Part shown: positions 41,343 to 52,558 of the stretch, piece after piece
Layout of the letters: each line of letters begins with the position of its first letter
How positions within the stretch are numbered: the first letter of the stretch is position 1
NCBI GenBank assembly: GCA_002719095.1
Contig: PBGO01000024.1
Span: 1-62,528 of the forward strand
Reading direction: 5' to 3'
Source of the DNA: Fidelibacterota bacterium
GTDB taxonomy: Bacteria; Fidelibacterota; Marinisomatia; SCGC-AAA003-L08; D37C17
Length of the DNA stretch: 62,528 bases
Program-made: the position numbers and the translations under genes
Notes under the pieces: model-generated
Database searches by the model: none
Told to the model about the DNA's origin: nothing
Seen by the model: the letters and a program-made list of their open reading frames with translations, nothing else

Positions 41343-42246
41343 CAAAAAAAACTCCTTTTAGTTGCTCAATACATGACAGGTTATTTTTCATTAAAAAAGA
41401 TTTCAAGTTATCGTATAAATTTGTTGTAAGTGAGGGATCTCTATAATTTAAAGTTCCAATTTGAATCATTTGAGATCCCACTCTCATAAATTCAATTATA
41501 TCCTTATAATTCATTATTCCACCCATACCGATTATAGGTATTTTAATATTTTGATAAATTTTGTGAACTTTTGCTAAAGCCATTGGCTTGATTGCCGGAC
41601 CAGAAATGCCACCAAACTTTGTACTGAGAATCATTTTACCTGTTTTGTAGTCAACACCCAAGCCTACAAAAGTATTCACAGCACTTATTGCATCAGCTCC
41701 AGCGCTTTCTGCAGCAAGAGCAATATTTTCAATACTAGTTACATTTGGAGTTAATTTTACTATGATTAATTTTTCAGTTTGTGATCTAATTTTTCCTATT
41801 AATTCTTCAACCATGGAACTACTGACACCAAACTCAATGCCACCCTTTTTTGTATTGGGACACGAAATATTTAATTCATAACCTATATGACCACTACTTG
41901 TTTTTTCAATTTCATTTATTACTTTGAGGTATTCTTCGAATGTTGATCCTGCTATACTTATAATTATATTTGTATTAATTGAATTAAGTTTTGGTAGTTT
42001 AAACTTACAAAAATTACTTACACCAATATTTGCTAATCCTATTGAATTAATCATTCCATAATTAACTTCGTGAATTCTGGGACTAGGGTTACCCTTTCTT
42101 GGTTCATAGGTAATTGATTTAGTCACTATCGCTCCTACTTTTTTATAATCGATTAAATTACTGACTTCATCACCATAACCAACAGTACCACTGGCTAAAA
42201 TTATAGGAGAATTAAAACTTATTTGTTTTAAGTTTGTTTTAAGCAT
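41335..42246 (-). CDS. pyrD: Dihydroorotate dehydrogenase (family 1)
   Basis: LASGT, NSIGL.N.G, ELNISCPN, KLTPN, GGISGPAIKP. Confidence 0.95.
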   Translation of the reverse strand: MLKTNLKQISFNSPIILASGTVGYGDEVSNLIDYKKVGAIVTKSITYEPRKGNPSPRIHEVNYGMINSIGLANIGVSNFCKFKLPKLNSINTNIIISIAGSTFEEYLKVINEIEKTSSGHIGYELNISCPNTKKGGIEFGVSSSMVEELIGKIRSQTEKLIIVKLTPNVTSIENIALAAESAGADAISAVNTFVGLGVDYKTGKMILSTKFGGISGPAIKPMALAKVHKIYQNIKIPIIGMGGIMNYKDIIEFMRVGSQMIQIGTLNYRDPSLTTNLYDNLKSFLMKNNLSCIEQLKGVFFDA

Positions 42247-42253
42247 TAAGAGA

Positions 42254-42469
42254 CTACCTATTTAAACTATCCATTTTTTCACACCAAATCAAATAGTTCC
42301 AAATATCATTAAATGTTCTGAAAGGATGCTTTATAGCATACCTCCATCCGCCAGGGTAAGCTGTTTCTAATCGCCAAAATAGATATTCTGAAGACCATGA
42401 CCTCATTTTCCATAAAATTTTTATCATTTTCACTATTTTATTGATACTCATTTCATTCTCTGTTTTCAA
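42254..42469 (-). CDS. Small Trp-rich hypothetical protein
   Basis: YLFWRLETAYPGGW; overlaps upstream gene in operon fashion. Confidence 0.65.
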   Translation of the reverse strand: MKTENEMSINKIVKMIKILWKMRSWSSEYLFWRLETAYPGGWRYAIKHPFRTFNDIWNYLIWCEKMDSLNR

Positions 42470-44567
42470 AATGATTATTTAACTCGTCTAATAACGTATT
42501 TTTTCTAACTAATTCATCAAGATTAATTTTTTTTAGAGGATTGTCAAAAAAAACCATATTTGTATCAACAAATTCAAAATTAATATTTTCGTAATTGTAC
42601 TTGCTTGTGTAATTATTTAATACCCACTTAGATTGATTAATATACAATGAAGAGTCGTAATCTTCTATTAGGTATTTAAATTTTTGAATACCAGCATCTT
42701 TGTTGTCAAAGTCAAAAAAATCTATTTCTGCCATATGATAAACCACTGAGTCACTATTTAAATTTTTATTTTCTAATAAATTATTATAATCATTCAGTTT
42801 CTTAATTAAATGCGATATTGCTGGATATATTTGCTCAGTTCTTCTTACTTCAATGGATTGAATTAAAGTTTTAGCAGAATCATAATTATTTTCCGCAATC
42901 ATTTTAAATGTGCTGTTAAGAAGAATTTTTTGACTATTCAATCTTTTGAGATCGATAATATTATTTTTAATATCTATTAATCTGTTATTTATAAATTCTA
43001 TAGATGGATGATTTGGAATTGAATCTTGAATCTTTAAATATATTGGTATTGCTTCATTTAAATCATAATTATAAAAATCACTTATGTATGCATAATTAAA
43101 TAATGAAATAGAATCGGCATATTCTAAATACATATCTTTATAAAATTTCAATTTCGAATCATTTGTTTTGAGATTAAAAACCTCGTTTCTTATAGTAGTT
43201 AAACTATCTATATTTTGCTGTAAAGAGTTTGAGGTCTCCAATTTGAAACCATCATTGTGGTAAGATAAAATATTATTAATTTGTTTTTTATACTTAGTAT
43301 CTGGGAACTTTAAAAGTAGATGCTCGTATCTAAAAAGCGCAGAGTCTATTTGATTAAAATCAAAATAAAAAATTTGTCCCATACTGAATAACAAAGAGTC
43401 TAGTTTTATTTCTGCTGGTTGGGGAATTGACATGTTCATTTCATTTTTTAAAGGTAAATCGTCAATAGTATTTTTTTGATAAAAAAAGTAATCCTCTTGC
43501 AAGCCTTCAAATTTGTCAATTTTTTCTTTTAAAAATCTTGCTTTCTTGGCATATTTTGACCTACTTCTTTCATCGATAGATTTGTCAATATATGTTTTTG
43601 CAAGCTCTAGATTATAATCTTCAAACAGAGATATTGTGGATAGTATATAATATGCTTCGGATGTTTCGTTTTTTTTTGAAAAATTGTCACATAAATCGTT
43701 AAGTACTTCAATAGCAAGATTAAGTCTATTGCTATCTTTGTACGCTCTAGCCTTGTAGATCAAAAGTTTAGGCTTAATCGATGAGTAATTGGGGTCCTCT
43801 ATTATATTATCAATATCTTGAATCACATCGTCAAATAGCTCCAATTTAATTTTGGATTCTATCCAATCAATTTTCAAATCTTTAATTTTGTTTAAGTCAT
43901 CTAAATTTTCGATTAAAAATTCTATGAATTTTATCTCCGATTCCGTATCCTCATTCTGTTCTGCTAATTTAATTAGTTTTCTTAGTGCAAAATTTTTCCT
44001 GGATTCTTTTGTGGTTGTTGTTGATGCAGATTGATAAAAATCATACGATTCTTGAAAACTTTCTTTATTTTCCATGATTTCAGCTTTAATTAAAAAATAT
44101 GTATACAAACTTTCCTTATCTAATTCAGATTCTTTAATCCTGTTTATATAGAAAAAAACTTTATCGTTATTTTTTAATCTCAAAAAGGAAAATGCAATAA
44201 ATAAATTTGCTTTAATGGAAATTTTAGAATCTGTTGATAAAATAGCTTTTTCTAAATTTTTGATTGATAATTCATACTGTTTTTGATAAAATAATGAAAT
44301 ACCTATTAATAAATGTGCCTTATCTATGTAATTACTATCAGGATATTTTTGAATTACAATTTTGGAATTTTCAATTGTTTTGTCAAGAAGAATTTGTGCT
44401 TCTGAAGGTATCTTAGAATCATCTAAAACTTGTGAATTTTCTATTATTTTTTGAGCAGATTCGAAAGACTTTTCAGCATTATAAAATGTGTTAAAATAGG
44501 CACATCTAAAGATTAGAACGAAAGCAAGTAAACTGAAAGATATTTTATTCAAAAATTTACTTTCCAT
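42453..44567 (-). CDS. TPR lipoprotein, SprE/PorW-like
   Basis: Signal ending in C-AYFNTFYNA, then TPR/BamD-like units (KYPDS.YID.A). Confidence 0.7.
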   Translation of the reverse strand: MESKFLNKISFSLLAFVLIFRCAYFNTFYNAEKSFESAQKIIENSQVLDDSKIPSEAQILLDKTIENSKIVIQKYPDSNYIDKAHLLIGISLFYQKQYELSIKNLEKAILSTDSKISIKANLFIAFSFLRLKNNDKVFFYINRIKESELDKESLYTYFLIKAEIMENKESFQESYDFYQSASTTTTKESRKNFALRKLIKLAEQNEDTESEIKFIEFLIENLDDLNKIKDLKIDWIESKIKLELFDDVIQDIDNIIEDPNYSSIKPKLLIYKARAYKDSNRLNLAIEVLNDLCDNFSKKNETSEAYYILSTISLFEDYNLELAKTYIDKSIDERSRSKYAKKARFLKEKIDKFEGLQEDYFFYQKNTIDDLPLKNEMNMSIPQPAEIKLDSLLFSMGQIFYFDFNQIDSALFRYEHLLLKFPDTKYKKQINNILSYHNDGFKLETSNSLQQNIDSLTTIRNEVFNLKTNDSKLKFYKDMYLEYADSISLFNYAYISDFYNYDLNEAIPIYLKIQDSIPNHPSIEFINNRLIDIKNNIIDLKRLNSQKILLNSTFKMIAENNYDSAKTLIQSIEVRRTEQIYPAISHLIKKLNDYNNLLENKNLNSDSVVYHMAEIDFFDFDNKDAGIQKFKYLIEDYDSSLYINQSKWVLNNYTSKYNYENINFEFVDTNMVFFDNPLKKINLDELVRKNTLLDELNNHFENRE

Positions 44568-44589
44568 AATGCAATAACTGATTCATTTG

Positions 44590-44676
44590 TACCGAGGGCC
44601 GGAATCGAACCGGCACGAACATGTAATGTTCGAGGGATTTTAAGTCCCTTGTGTCTACCAGTTTCACCACCTCGGC
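44590..44676 (-). tRNA. tRNA-Leu(TAA)
   Basis: GCCGAGGTGGTGAAACTGGTAGACACAAGGGACTTAAAATCCCTCG...GGTTCGATTCCGGCCCTCGGTA. Confidence 0.96.
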
Positions 44677-44684
44677 AGATCGCG

Positions 44685-44756
44685 AGGCGTCGACCAGATT
44701 CGAACTGGTGAATGATGGTTTTGCAAACCACTGCCTTACCACTTGGCTACGACGCC
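44685..44756 (-). tRNA. tRNA-Cys(GCA)
   Basis: GGCGTCGTAGCCAAGTGGTAAGGCAGTGGTTTGCAAAACCATCATTCACCAGTTCGAATCTGGTCGACGCCT. Confidence 0.96.
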
Positions 44757-44761
44757 ACTCG

Positions 44762-44834
44762 AGCGAAAGAAGGGATTCGAACCCTCGACCCTCACGTTGG
44801 CAACGTGATGCTCTACCAGCTGAGCTACTTTCGC
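44762..44834 (-). tRNA. tRNA-Gly(GCC)
   Basis: GCGAAAGTAGCTCAGCTGGTAGAGCATCACGTTGCCAACGTGAGGGTCGAGGGTTCGAATCCCTTCTTTCGCT; classic Gly-Cys-Leu cluster. Confidence 0.96.
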
Positions 44835-44896
44835 ATTATTCTCTTTAAAGAGCTATAAATATTAAATAAGAGATAGCTTAATTCCAAAACCTTTTA

Positions 44897-45985
44897 TTAA
44901 TGGTTATGCCATCTGTGAGGGTCCTCCATTGGACCTCCCAAATTTCTTGTCTTAATCTTGCCTTCATCAACTATTTTCAAAACATAAGGATTATCTTGAA
45001 TCGATTTATCCAACGTAATCTGTTTGACTTGTATTGTATTCTTAGCTTGATTAATTATGTTATTATACTTTTGAATGTTATCATTATAACTATTAATTAA
45101 GGATACATCAGCATCAGAAGACATGTTTTGAATTCTCTTTTTTTCAAGATTAATTAATTTATTGTAATAAGGCAAATCAACTATTGGATCAACCTTGTTA
45201 GTACTTTTAAAATCAAATTGATAAAGTACCTTACCTCTATCTCCTGTCGAATATATTGGAAAAACACTATTTCCTCCATCTCTAGATTTCCTCCTAGTAT
45301 TAGATCGCACTACAAAGTCAACTTCTAAATCAGATTTACTAATTTTTTTATAATCTTGATCTGATGAACTGAATAACAAAATTATAAAATCAGTTTTAGA
45401 CTTTAAATCAATAATGCTATTTTTAATAGATTCAAAAGGGTCTAACACGTATATATCATCAGATACAAATGTTGATGAGGCGCCAATGATACCAATTTTA
45501 AAGTTTTCTTTTTCAACTATTTTGTAGGGTTTAAAAATTAGATTAGACTTGGAATCAGCAATATTGCAAGATATGAAATCAAAATTTGATTCTTGTTGTA
45601 ATTTTTTAGCGAACTCTAAACCAGCTGAAAAATCTTTAGGACCTGGAGAGAAAGCATCGCATGATATATAGTTAAATGATTTGACAATAGTCATTGCATT
45701 TTCTTTAGCAACATCCATACTCACTCCTGGATCAATTTTTTCTAACTTAAAGAAAAGATTTCCAGCATCGAGAACTAGTGTTTTGTAGCCAGATTCCATT
45801 GAGTTCTTTACAACAGTACATTTGCGAGCAAGACCGCCCGCAGGTTTCTTTTTTCAGCCACATGGCTCAGTTTCGCCTTTTACGTCTCCAGAAATATAAA
45901 ATCTAATATGAGTTATATCTCCCTCACCGTTGGAAAATGAGAAACTAGAAATGACAAAAAGACAAATTAAAAAATAATTAAACAT
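44897..45985 (-). CDS. UshA-like (5'-nucleotidase/metallophosphoesterase-fold) selenoprotein, 362 aa, Sec44
   Basis: ATG 45985, signal peptide, SGDVKGETEPCG-TGA-KKKPAGGLARK, in frame with the ORF-track ORF 44897..45799 (LDAGNLF); SECIS-like hairpin follows the TGA. Confidence 0.85.
45823..45842 (-). promoter_or_regulatory. Bacterial SECIS-like hairpin
   Basis: TGCGGGC-GGTCTT-GCTCGCA (7-bp stem with one G-U pair) starting 11 nt after the TGA at 45854-45856. Confidence 0.8.
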
Positions 45986-46445
45986 TACTTCTCCTTGCAA
46001 AAACATATCTAAATTTAATGAGCAAACAGGCAAAAATTAAAACAAAATCAATTAAGATTGCATCAGTAATTGTTGTATCCAATGAGCTACAACCGCAAGA
46101 TATGTCTAGGCCCCGAAAAAATGCCAGTGAAAGCATTATTATAAAAAATACTAATAATAAAATTATCAAATTATTAGCTTCATCCATTAGAAATCCACTT
46201 ACTAAACAAAAGCCTAATAGAAATTCTAACCAAGGCAGTATTAAAGCTAGAGATGTATCAAGGAATGAGAGTCCAAAATATGATGAAAATTGATAAGCTT
46301 CAATCATTCTTGCAAATGAATATGGATCGATTATTTTATCAACAGAAGCATATATAAAATATCCTCCTATGATAAATCGCAAATATGCTATAAGTGTCAG
46401 TCTATCAAATTCAAAGCTATCTTTCAAAATCTTAATTAATTGCAT
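45978..46445 (-). CDS. MauE/DoxX-family redox membrane protein
   Basis: FIYAS.DKI.DP..F, LPWLE, RGLDISCGC motif; GGAGG RBS before ATG 46445. Confidence 0.88.
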   Translation of the reverse strand: MQLIKILKDSFEFDRLTLIAYLRFIIGGYFIYASVDKIIDPYSFARMIEAYQFSSYFGLSFLDTSLALILPWLEFLLGFCLVSGFLMDEANNLIILLLVFFIIMLSLAFFRGLDISCGCSSLDTTITDAILIDFVLIFACLLIKFRYVFARRSNV

Positions 46446-47052
46446 TATTCCTCCAATCTTCCCAACCACCTTTATATATCGATACATTTTGATAATCAAA
46501 ATAATCAAACATATAATTTGCAAGATTTTCACTTTTATCACAATTCTTGGAGCCGCAATAAATAACAAAAACACCATCTCTGGGCATGTCATTTAAAATC
46601 TTTACACTTTCAAACTCGCTTTCATACATCAATTCAATCTCTTTTATTTTATCTAAATCATCTTTGTCATCAAAATAACCCTCACTCTCAATAGTTTCGA
46701 TATTACTTAGAGGTATATTTATTGCATTCTGTATCATCATCAATCTGTCATCTATTTTTTCATCATAAATTTCTGATGCTGATCTTGCATCGATGATATT
46801 AACACAATCTAAATTAATTAGAGCTTCAAGTTCTATGAAATTTATATTTTTTTTAATTGTTTTTACCATTTCACAATCCTTGAAATCTACATTAGCAATA
46901 TCAAGCTCAATCTTGAAATTATCTAAGTCAGGCAGATTTTTAAATAATAAAAAGTCATCAGATTTATGAAATGGATAAGATAACAATCCCAGCAAAACTG
47001 ATAGTGCCACTATCAATATGTATTTATTTAGTTTTTCTTTTAATGTTTGCAT
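46432..47052 (-). CDS. Membrane-anchored rhodanese-domain protein
   Basis: N-terminal TM; IIDARS, I.NAINIP, VIYCGSKNCDKS, YKGGWEDW; start set at ATG 47052. Confidence 0.85.
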   Translation of the reverse strand: MQTLKEKLNKYILIVALSVLLGLLSYPFHKSDDFLLFKNLPDLDNFKIELDIANVDFKDCEMVKTIKKNINFIELEALINLDCVNIIDARSASEIYDEKIDDRLMMIQNAINIPLSNIETIESEGYFDDKDDLDKIKEIELMYESEFESVKILNDMPRDGVFVIYCGSKNCDKSENLANYMFDYFDYQNVSIYKGGWEDWRNNAIN

Positions 47053-47154
47053 ACCATATAAAATAATAATTAATAATAAACTTTTTGTTCCTTTTTTTTC
47101 TTTTATCAAATAATAAATCAAAATAAATTAATCCTTTATTCGGCAATAATTTAT

Positions 47155-47230
47155 GGGGATATAGCTCAGTTGGGAGAGCGCGTGAATGGCATTCACGAGG
47201 TCAGCGGTTCGATCCCGCTTATCTCCACCA
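47155..47230 (+). tRNA. tRNA-Ala(GGC)
   Basis: GGGGATATAGCTCAGTTGGGAGAGCGCGTGAATGGCATTCACGAGGTCAGCGGTTCGATCCCGCTTATCTCCACCA. Confidence 0.97.
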
Positions 47231-47256
47231 TAATTTTTACTATAAGGAGATTAATT

Positions 47257-49983
47257 TTGGGAACACTAGGATCACTAAGGAATAATTCGAAGCCAATAAT
47301 TTGGTTTGTAATAATTGCATTTGTAGTTGGTTTAGCTGGAGCTGGATTATTTAGCTACATTTCTTCACAAAAACTTAACTTGTTTGGGATGTCGAGCCCA
47401 AACATTTATTCTATGACGGTCAATGGTATTCCTATTAACCATTCTGATAGAACCATTGGCGGAAATCAGAATGCTTTAGATTATATTGGTACTTTCTATG
47501 GCCCTAAATCATCTTTTGGAATGCCAATAGGAACTTCCAAGATATCTAACAATTTGGATATCGCTTCAAGTGACTCTGAGTATCATGATATAGATATCTA
47601 TAATAGGCACATGCAAACACAAAATGAACTAATATCTCGGGTTGTAACAGAACAAATCTATGATAATGCATTTCAAAATAATGTTTCAGATATGGATATT
47701 TTAATATTTTTAAAATCTGAAATTGATAATTCAAATTTCAGAACAAATGTGGGAGTAAGGTCGCCAATCATAAAAATTAACCAATATTTAAATAGTACTT
47801 ATTTTATTGGATTTGAAGAAAATTTTGAGGATGAGCCAGACGGTTTATGGAATACAAACGAAAGATTTGTTGATTTGAATAACAACAGAACCTGGGATAT
47901 TGGTGAAGAATTTACTGACTCAAGTGGAAATGGTGTTTGGGATATGGACGAGTATTTCGAAGATAAAGGCAATGGTGCTTGGGATGACGCTGACTTATTT
48001 GAGGATAAAGGAAATGGTTTGTGGGATATTGGTGAGGATCTTATTGACAAAAATGATAATAATATTTGGGATCCGGGTGAAGAATTTACTGATTTACCAG
48101 ATGGTGTCTGGACAGAAGGTGAGAAATTAACTCTTGATAGAAATAACAATGGAAAATGGGATGATGCCGAAACCTTTACTGATACTAACAACAATGGCTT
48201 GTGGGATGATGGAGAAAGTTTTGTTGATAAAGGTGATGGTATTTGGGATAATGGTCTTGAAGGATGGTTAAATCATTGTATTAAAGAGAAAAAGATTGAC
48301 TACAACCTAATCTTTAATAAGAATATTGCAAGCATTGTTAGAAATTATATTAATACAGTCGCTGTATATCATATAAAAAATAAAAAATTTGATTTAGCTT
48401 TTGAGGAAATTAATTATGAATCTCAATCTGATAAAAAAAATTCTTACCTCCAAAAAAAATCAAATGCAGTAATTAGCTACATATCTTATGACTTAAATAA
48501 AATCAATGTCTCTGAAGTAAGCTCAAGGATAGATGAAAATGCATTGAAAGAAAAAATTCCAGAATATGAAAATTTGCGTATTGGTTATTTTTCAACCAGC
48601 TTTTTATTAGCTGCACTAACACTTTTTATTATTTTTTCATACAAAAACAGACTAAAAAAATCGCTACTGTCATTGGGTTTATTTTTTACTTTTCTTCTTC
48701 TTTTGATTTTTATATTCAAATTAAGAAGTGATTTAAATCAAGGTAATGAAGAGTATGTAAATATCTCATATATACATTTATCACTTGATAATATTGAAGG
48801 AGAAAAACTGTCAGACTTAGGAAATGGAATTTGGGATCCAGGCGAAAAATTTACTGATACTAACGAAAATGGAATTTGGGATGAAGAGCCTCTTGAGCTG
48901 GATTTGAATGGAAATGGTCTTTTTGATAACGGTGACAAATATCAAGATTTAAATGAAAATGGTCAATATGACAGAGAGGATTTTATCGATCTAGGTAATG
49001 GGGTATGGAATTCTGGAGAAGATTTTGTGGATACAAATGAAAATGGTATGTGGGACAGTAAGGAAACATTAGCTGGAATTATGCTTGACGATTTGCTAAA
49101 CGAAATCGAAGAAACAAGTTTTAGTTCAGCTTTTGATAATTCTGATCTAACCAAAGAACAAAATATTTTTCTTTCAAAGAATTTCAATCAGGATAATATT
49201 TCAAATCTCGATATTGATCTTGAACAAAAATACGAGTTTGTAGATAATTCAATTCAACTTGTGACTGACAAAGAAGCAAAGATATTTGGATCAAGTTTAT
49301 TTGACGTGCTTAATGAAGCATTTGATGTGAAAGAAGGGAATACATTTATTATAAACCAAAATAATTCTTCAGATGGTTCTATATCAGGCTATATAATAGG
49401 TTTTGTTTCATCTAGAGGAAATCTTTACCAACAGACTGAGCTTGACAAATTAAAGTCCAAAGAAAGAAAGGTTGCAATCAAATCAATATTAATGGAAAAG
49501 AACATATTAGAAAAAGAGCTGTTTAAGCAAGAAATGAATAATATTATTTCAGGCGATTTAACGAGTGAAGATATTAAACAAAATTATCAAGAACTTGATG
49601 TTGTGTTTGAACACGAAGTATTACCCCCAGAAGATTCTACTCTTAGAGGATATGCGTCAGTCATGGGTGTTGGAGAGACATCTGACTTAATAATTGGAGA
49701 TGATAAGGCATTCGTAATATATCTATCTCAAAAATCTACAAACGATGGAGCTTTTGGAATGGATGATTTCACATATTCTCAACCAGGATATGAAAAATTT
49801 TCAAATTTCTTTGCAGATAATATTGATAACGCAGATATTCTTGATTGGAAAGATGAATCTTATTACAGGCCTATGACGAATGATCCAAATCAAAATAATG
49901 TAATAAATGATATTTATTTTAATCTAAATAATTTTAAATCAACTGTTCAATCGCTTTATATGGGTGATTTTGATATCAAATAA
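47257..49983 (+). CDS. Membrane-anchored PpiD/SurA-N-like chaperone, divergent, with acidic repeat insertions
   Basis: AAGGAG RBS then TTG 47257; LRNNSKPIIWFVIIAFVV TM and TVNG.PI resemble PpiD N-terminus; ORF-track start lies inside tRNA-Ala. Confidence 0.6.
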   Translation: MGTLGSLRNNSKPIIWFVIIAFVVGLAGAGLFSYISSQKLNLFGMSSPNIYSMTVNGIPINHSDRTIGGNQNALDYIGTFYGPKSSFGMPIGTSKISNNLDIASSDSEYHDIDIYNRHMQTQNELISRVVTEQIYDNAFQNNVSDMDILIFLKSEIDNSNFRTNVGVRSPIIKINQYLNSTYFIGFEENFEDEPDGLWNTNERFVDLNNNRTWDIGEEFTDSSGNGVWDMDEYFEDKGNGAWDDADLFEDKGNGLWDIGEDLIDKNDNNIWDPGEEFTDLPDGVWTEGEKLTLDRNNNGKWDDAETFTDTNNNGLWDDGESFVDKGDGIWDNGLEGWLNHCIKEKKIDYNLIFNKNIASIVRNYINTVAVYHIKNKKFDLAFEEINYESQSDKKNSYLQKKSNAVISYISYDLNKINVSEVSSRIDENALKEKIPEYENLRIGYFSTSFLLAALTLFIIFSYKNRLKKSLLSLGLFFTFLLLLIFIFKLRSDLNQGNEEYVNISYIHLSLDNIEGEKLSDLGNGIWDPGEKFTDTNENGIWDEEPLELDLNGNGLFDNGDKYQDLNENGQYDREDFIDLGNGVWNSGEDFVDTNENGMWDSKETLAGIMLDDLLNEIEETSFSSAFDNSDLTKEQNIFLSKNFNQDNISNLDIDLEQKYEFVDNSIQLVTDKEAKIFGSSLFDVLNEAFDVKEGNTFIINQNNSSDGSISGYIIGFVSSRGNLYQQTELDKLKSKERKVAIKSILMEKNILEKELFKQEMNNIISGDLTSEDIKQNYQELDVVFEHEVLPPEDSTLRGYASVMGVGETSDLIIGDDKAFVIYLSQKSTNDGAFGMDDFTYSQPGYEKFSNFFADNIDNADILDWKDESYYRPMTNDPNQNNVINDIYFNLNNFKSTVQSLYMGDFDIK
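47815..48255 (+). repeat. About 10 coding repeats Dx(N)xNGxWDxGExFx (14-16 aa)
   Basis: Ten W-centred units visible in the translation (DLNNNRTWDIGEEFT, DTNNNGLWDDGESFV, etc.). Confidence 0.9.
48813..49065 (+). repeat. About 6 further coding repeats of the same type
   Basis: DLGNGIWDPGEKFT, DTNENGIWDEEP, DLNGNGLFDNGDKYQ, DLNENGQYD, DLGNGVWNSGEDFV, DTNENGMWD. Confidence 0.9.
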
Positions 49984-50047
49984 AGTAATATCAAAATACA
50001 ACTGATATAATTTTTTAAAATTTATAATTTATATAGAATTTAATTAT

Positions 50048-50485
50048 ATGAAATCAGATGATTTAAATAAATATTTGGTTGCTCAATCAAATTTTTACGA
50101 AACAGCCATTCAAGAAATTAAAAATTCTAAAAAAATCAGTCATTGGATGTGGTATATTTTTCCTCAAATTCAAGGACTAGGAAATAGTGAAGTTTCTAAA
50201 AAATACTCGATAAAAAGTATAAAACAAGGACGAGATTATCTAGAACACAAGATTCTTTATCCTAGACTCATAAAAGCAACCACATACGTATATCAAATCG
50301 AAGACAGAACAGCTTTAGAAATATTTGGACATACTGATAATTTAAAATTCAAGTCGTCTATGTCGCTCTTTTCAATTTTATCTACTAATGATACTTTATT
50401 TGAAAAAGTACTAAATAAATACTACAATGGTGTTTTGTGTAAAAAAACGCAATTGTGGTTCAAGAATCAAAAAAATTATAATTAA
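50048..50485 (+). CDS. DUF1810-family protein
   Basis: K.SHWMWYIFPQI.GLG.S, IFG..D.LKF.SSM.LF. Confidence 0.9.
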   Translation: MKSDDLNKYLVAQSNFYETAIQEIKNSKKISHWMWYIFPQIQGLGNSEVSKKYSIKSIKQGRDYLEHKILYPRLIKATTYVYQIEDRTALEIFGHTDNLKFKSSMSLFSILSTNDTLFEKVLNKYYNGVLCKKTQLWFKNQKNYN

Positions 50486-50510
50486 GGTATTATACTATAA
50501 ATGAATTTAA

Positions 50511-50540
50511 AAAAAAAGCACCTCTAATGAGGTGCTTTTT
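50511..50540. terminator. Bidirectional intrinsic terminator between the DUF1810 gene and groL
   Basis: AAAAAGCACCTC-TAAT-GAGGTGCTTTTT perfect inverted repeat with T tracts on both strands, between convergent genes. Confidence 0.88.
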
Positions 50541-50563
50541 AGTTTGAACAGTGATAATAGGGT

Positions 50564-52237
<1,674 letters not shown>

Positions 52238-52241
52238 TTAT

Positions 52242-52520
52242 TTATAATGTTGCTAAAATATCGCTTTCACGCATGATTAGTAATTCTCCTCCATCAATCT
52301 CTGAACCAGAATATTTACCATACAATACTTTATCACCTTTTTTTACTGTCATTTTTACAATTTGCCCTGAGTCAGATACCTTTCCAGGTCCTGCAGCAAC
52401 AACTTCACCAATTTGTGGTTTTTCTTTAGCCGTATCTGGCAATATAATGCCTGATGCTGTTTTTTCCTCTGCTGCTTGAGGCTTAACTACGACTCTATCT
52501 GAAAGTGGATTTAATTTCAT
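52242..52520 (-). CDS. groS: Co-chaperonin GroES
   Basis: [22 protein letters not shown]. Confidence 0.98.
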   Translation of the reverse strand: MKLNPLSDRVVVKPQAAEEKTASGIILPDTAKEKPQIGEVVAAGPGKVSDSGQIVKMTVKKGDKVLYGKYSGSEIDGGELLIMRESDILATL

Positions 52521-52558
52521 TTTGTATCTCCATTTGATTAATATAACAAAGTAAATTA

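Noticed and set aside
44549..44848. Short ORFs 44549..44731, 44557..44742 and 44651..44848
   Set aside because: They overlap the Gly-Cys-Leu tRNA cluster
45854..45856. Genome-wide UGA reassignment as the explanation for the in-frame TGA
   Set aside because: TGA is a normal stop elsewhere (pheS, HAD gene, TonB receptor) and Trp is encoded by TGG; only this TGA has a SECIS-like hairpin and CxU context
47815..49065. Periodic DNA resembling a CRISPR array
   Set aside because: Units are degenerate, in frame and conserved at protein level; no identical repeats with unique spacers and no cas genes
47155..50485. Genomic island integrated at tRNA-Ala
   Set aside because: No integrase, no duplicated tRNA 3' end seen, and composition is similar to the rest of the window
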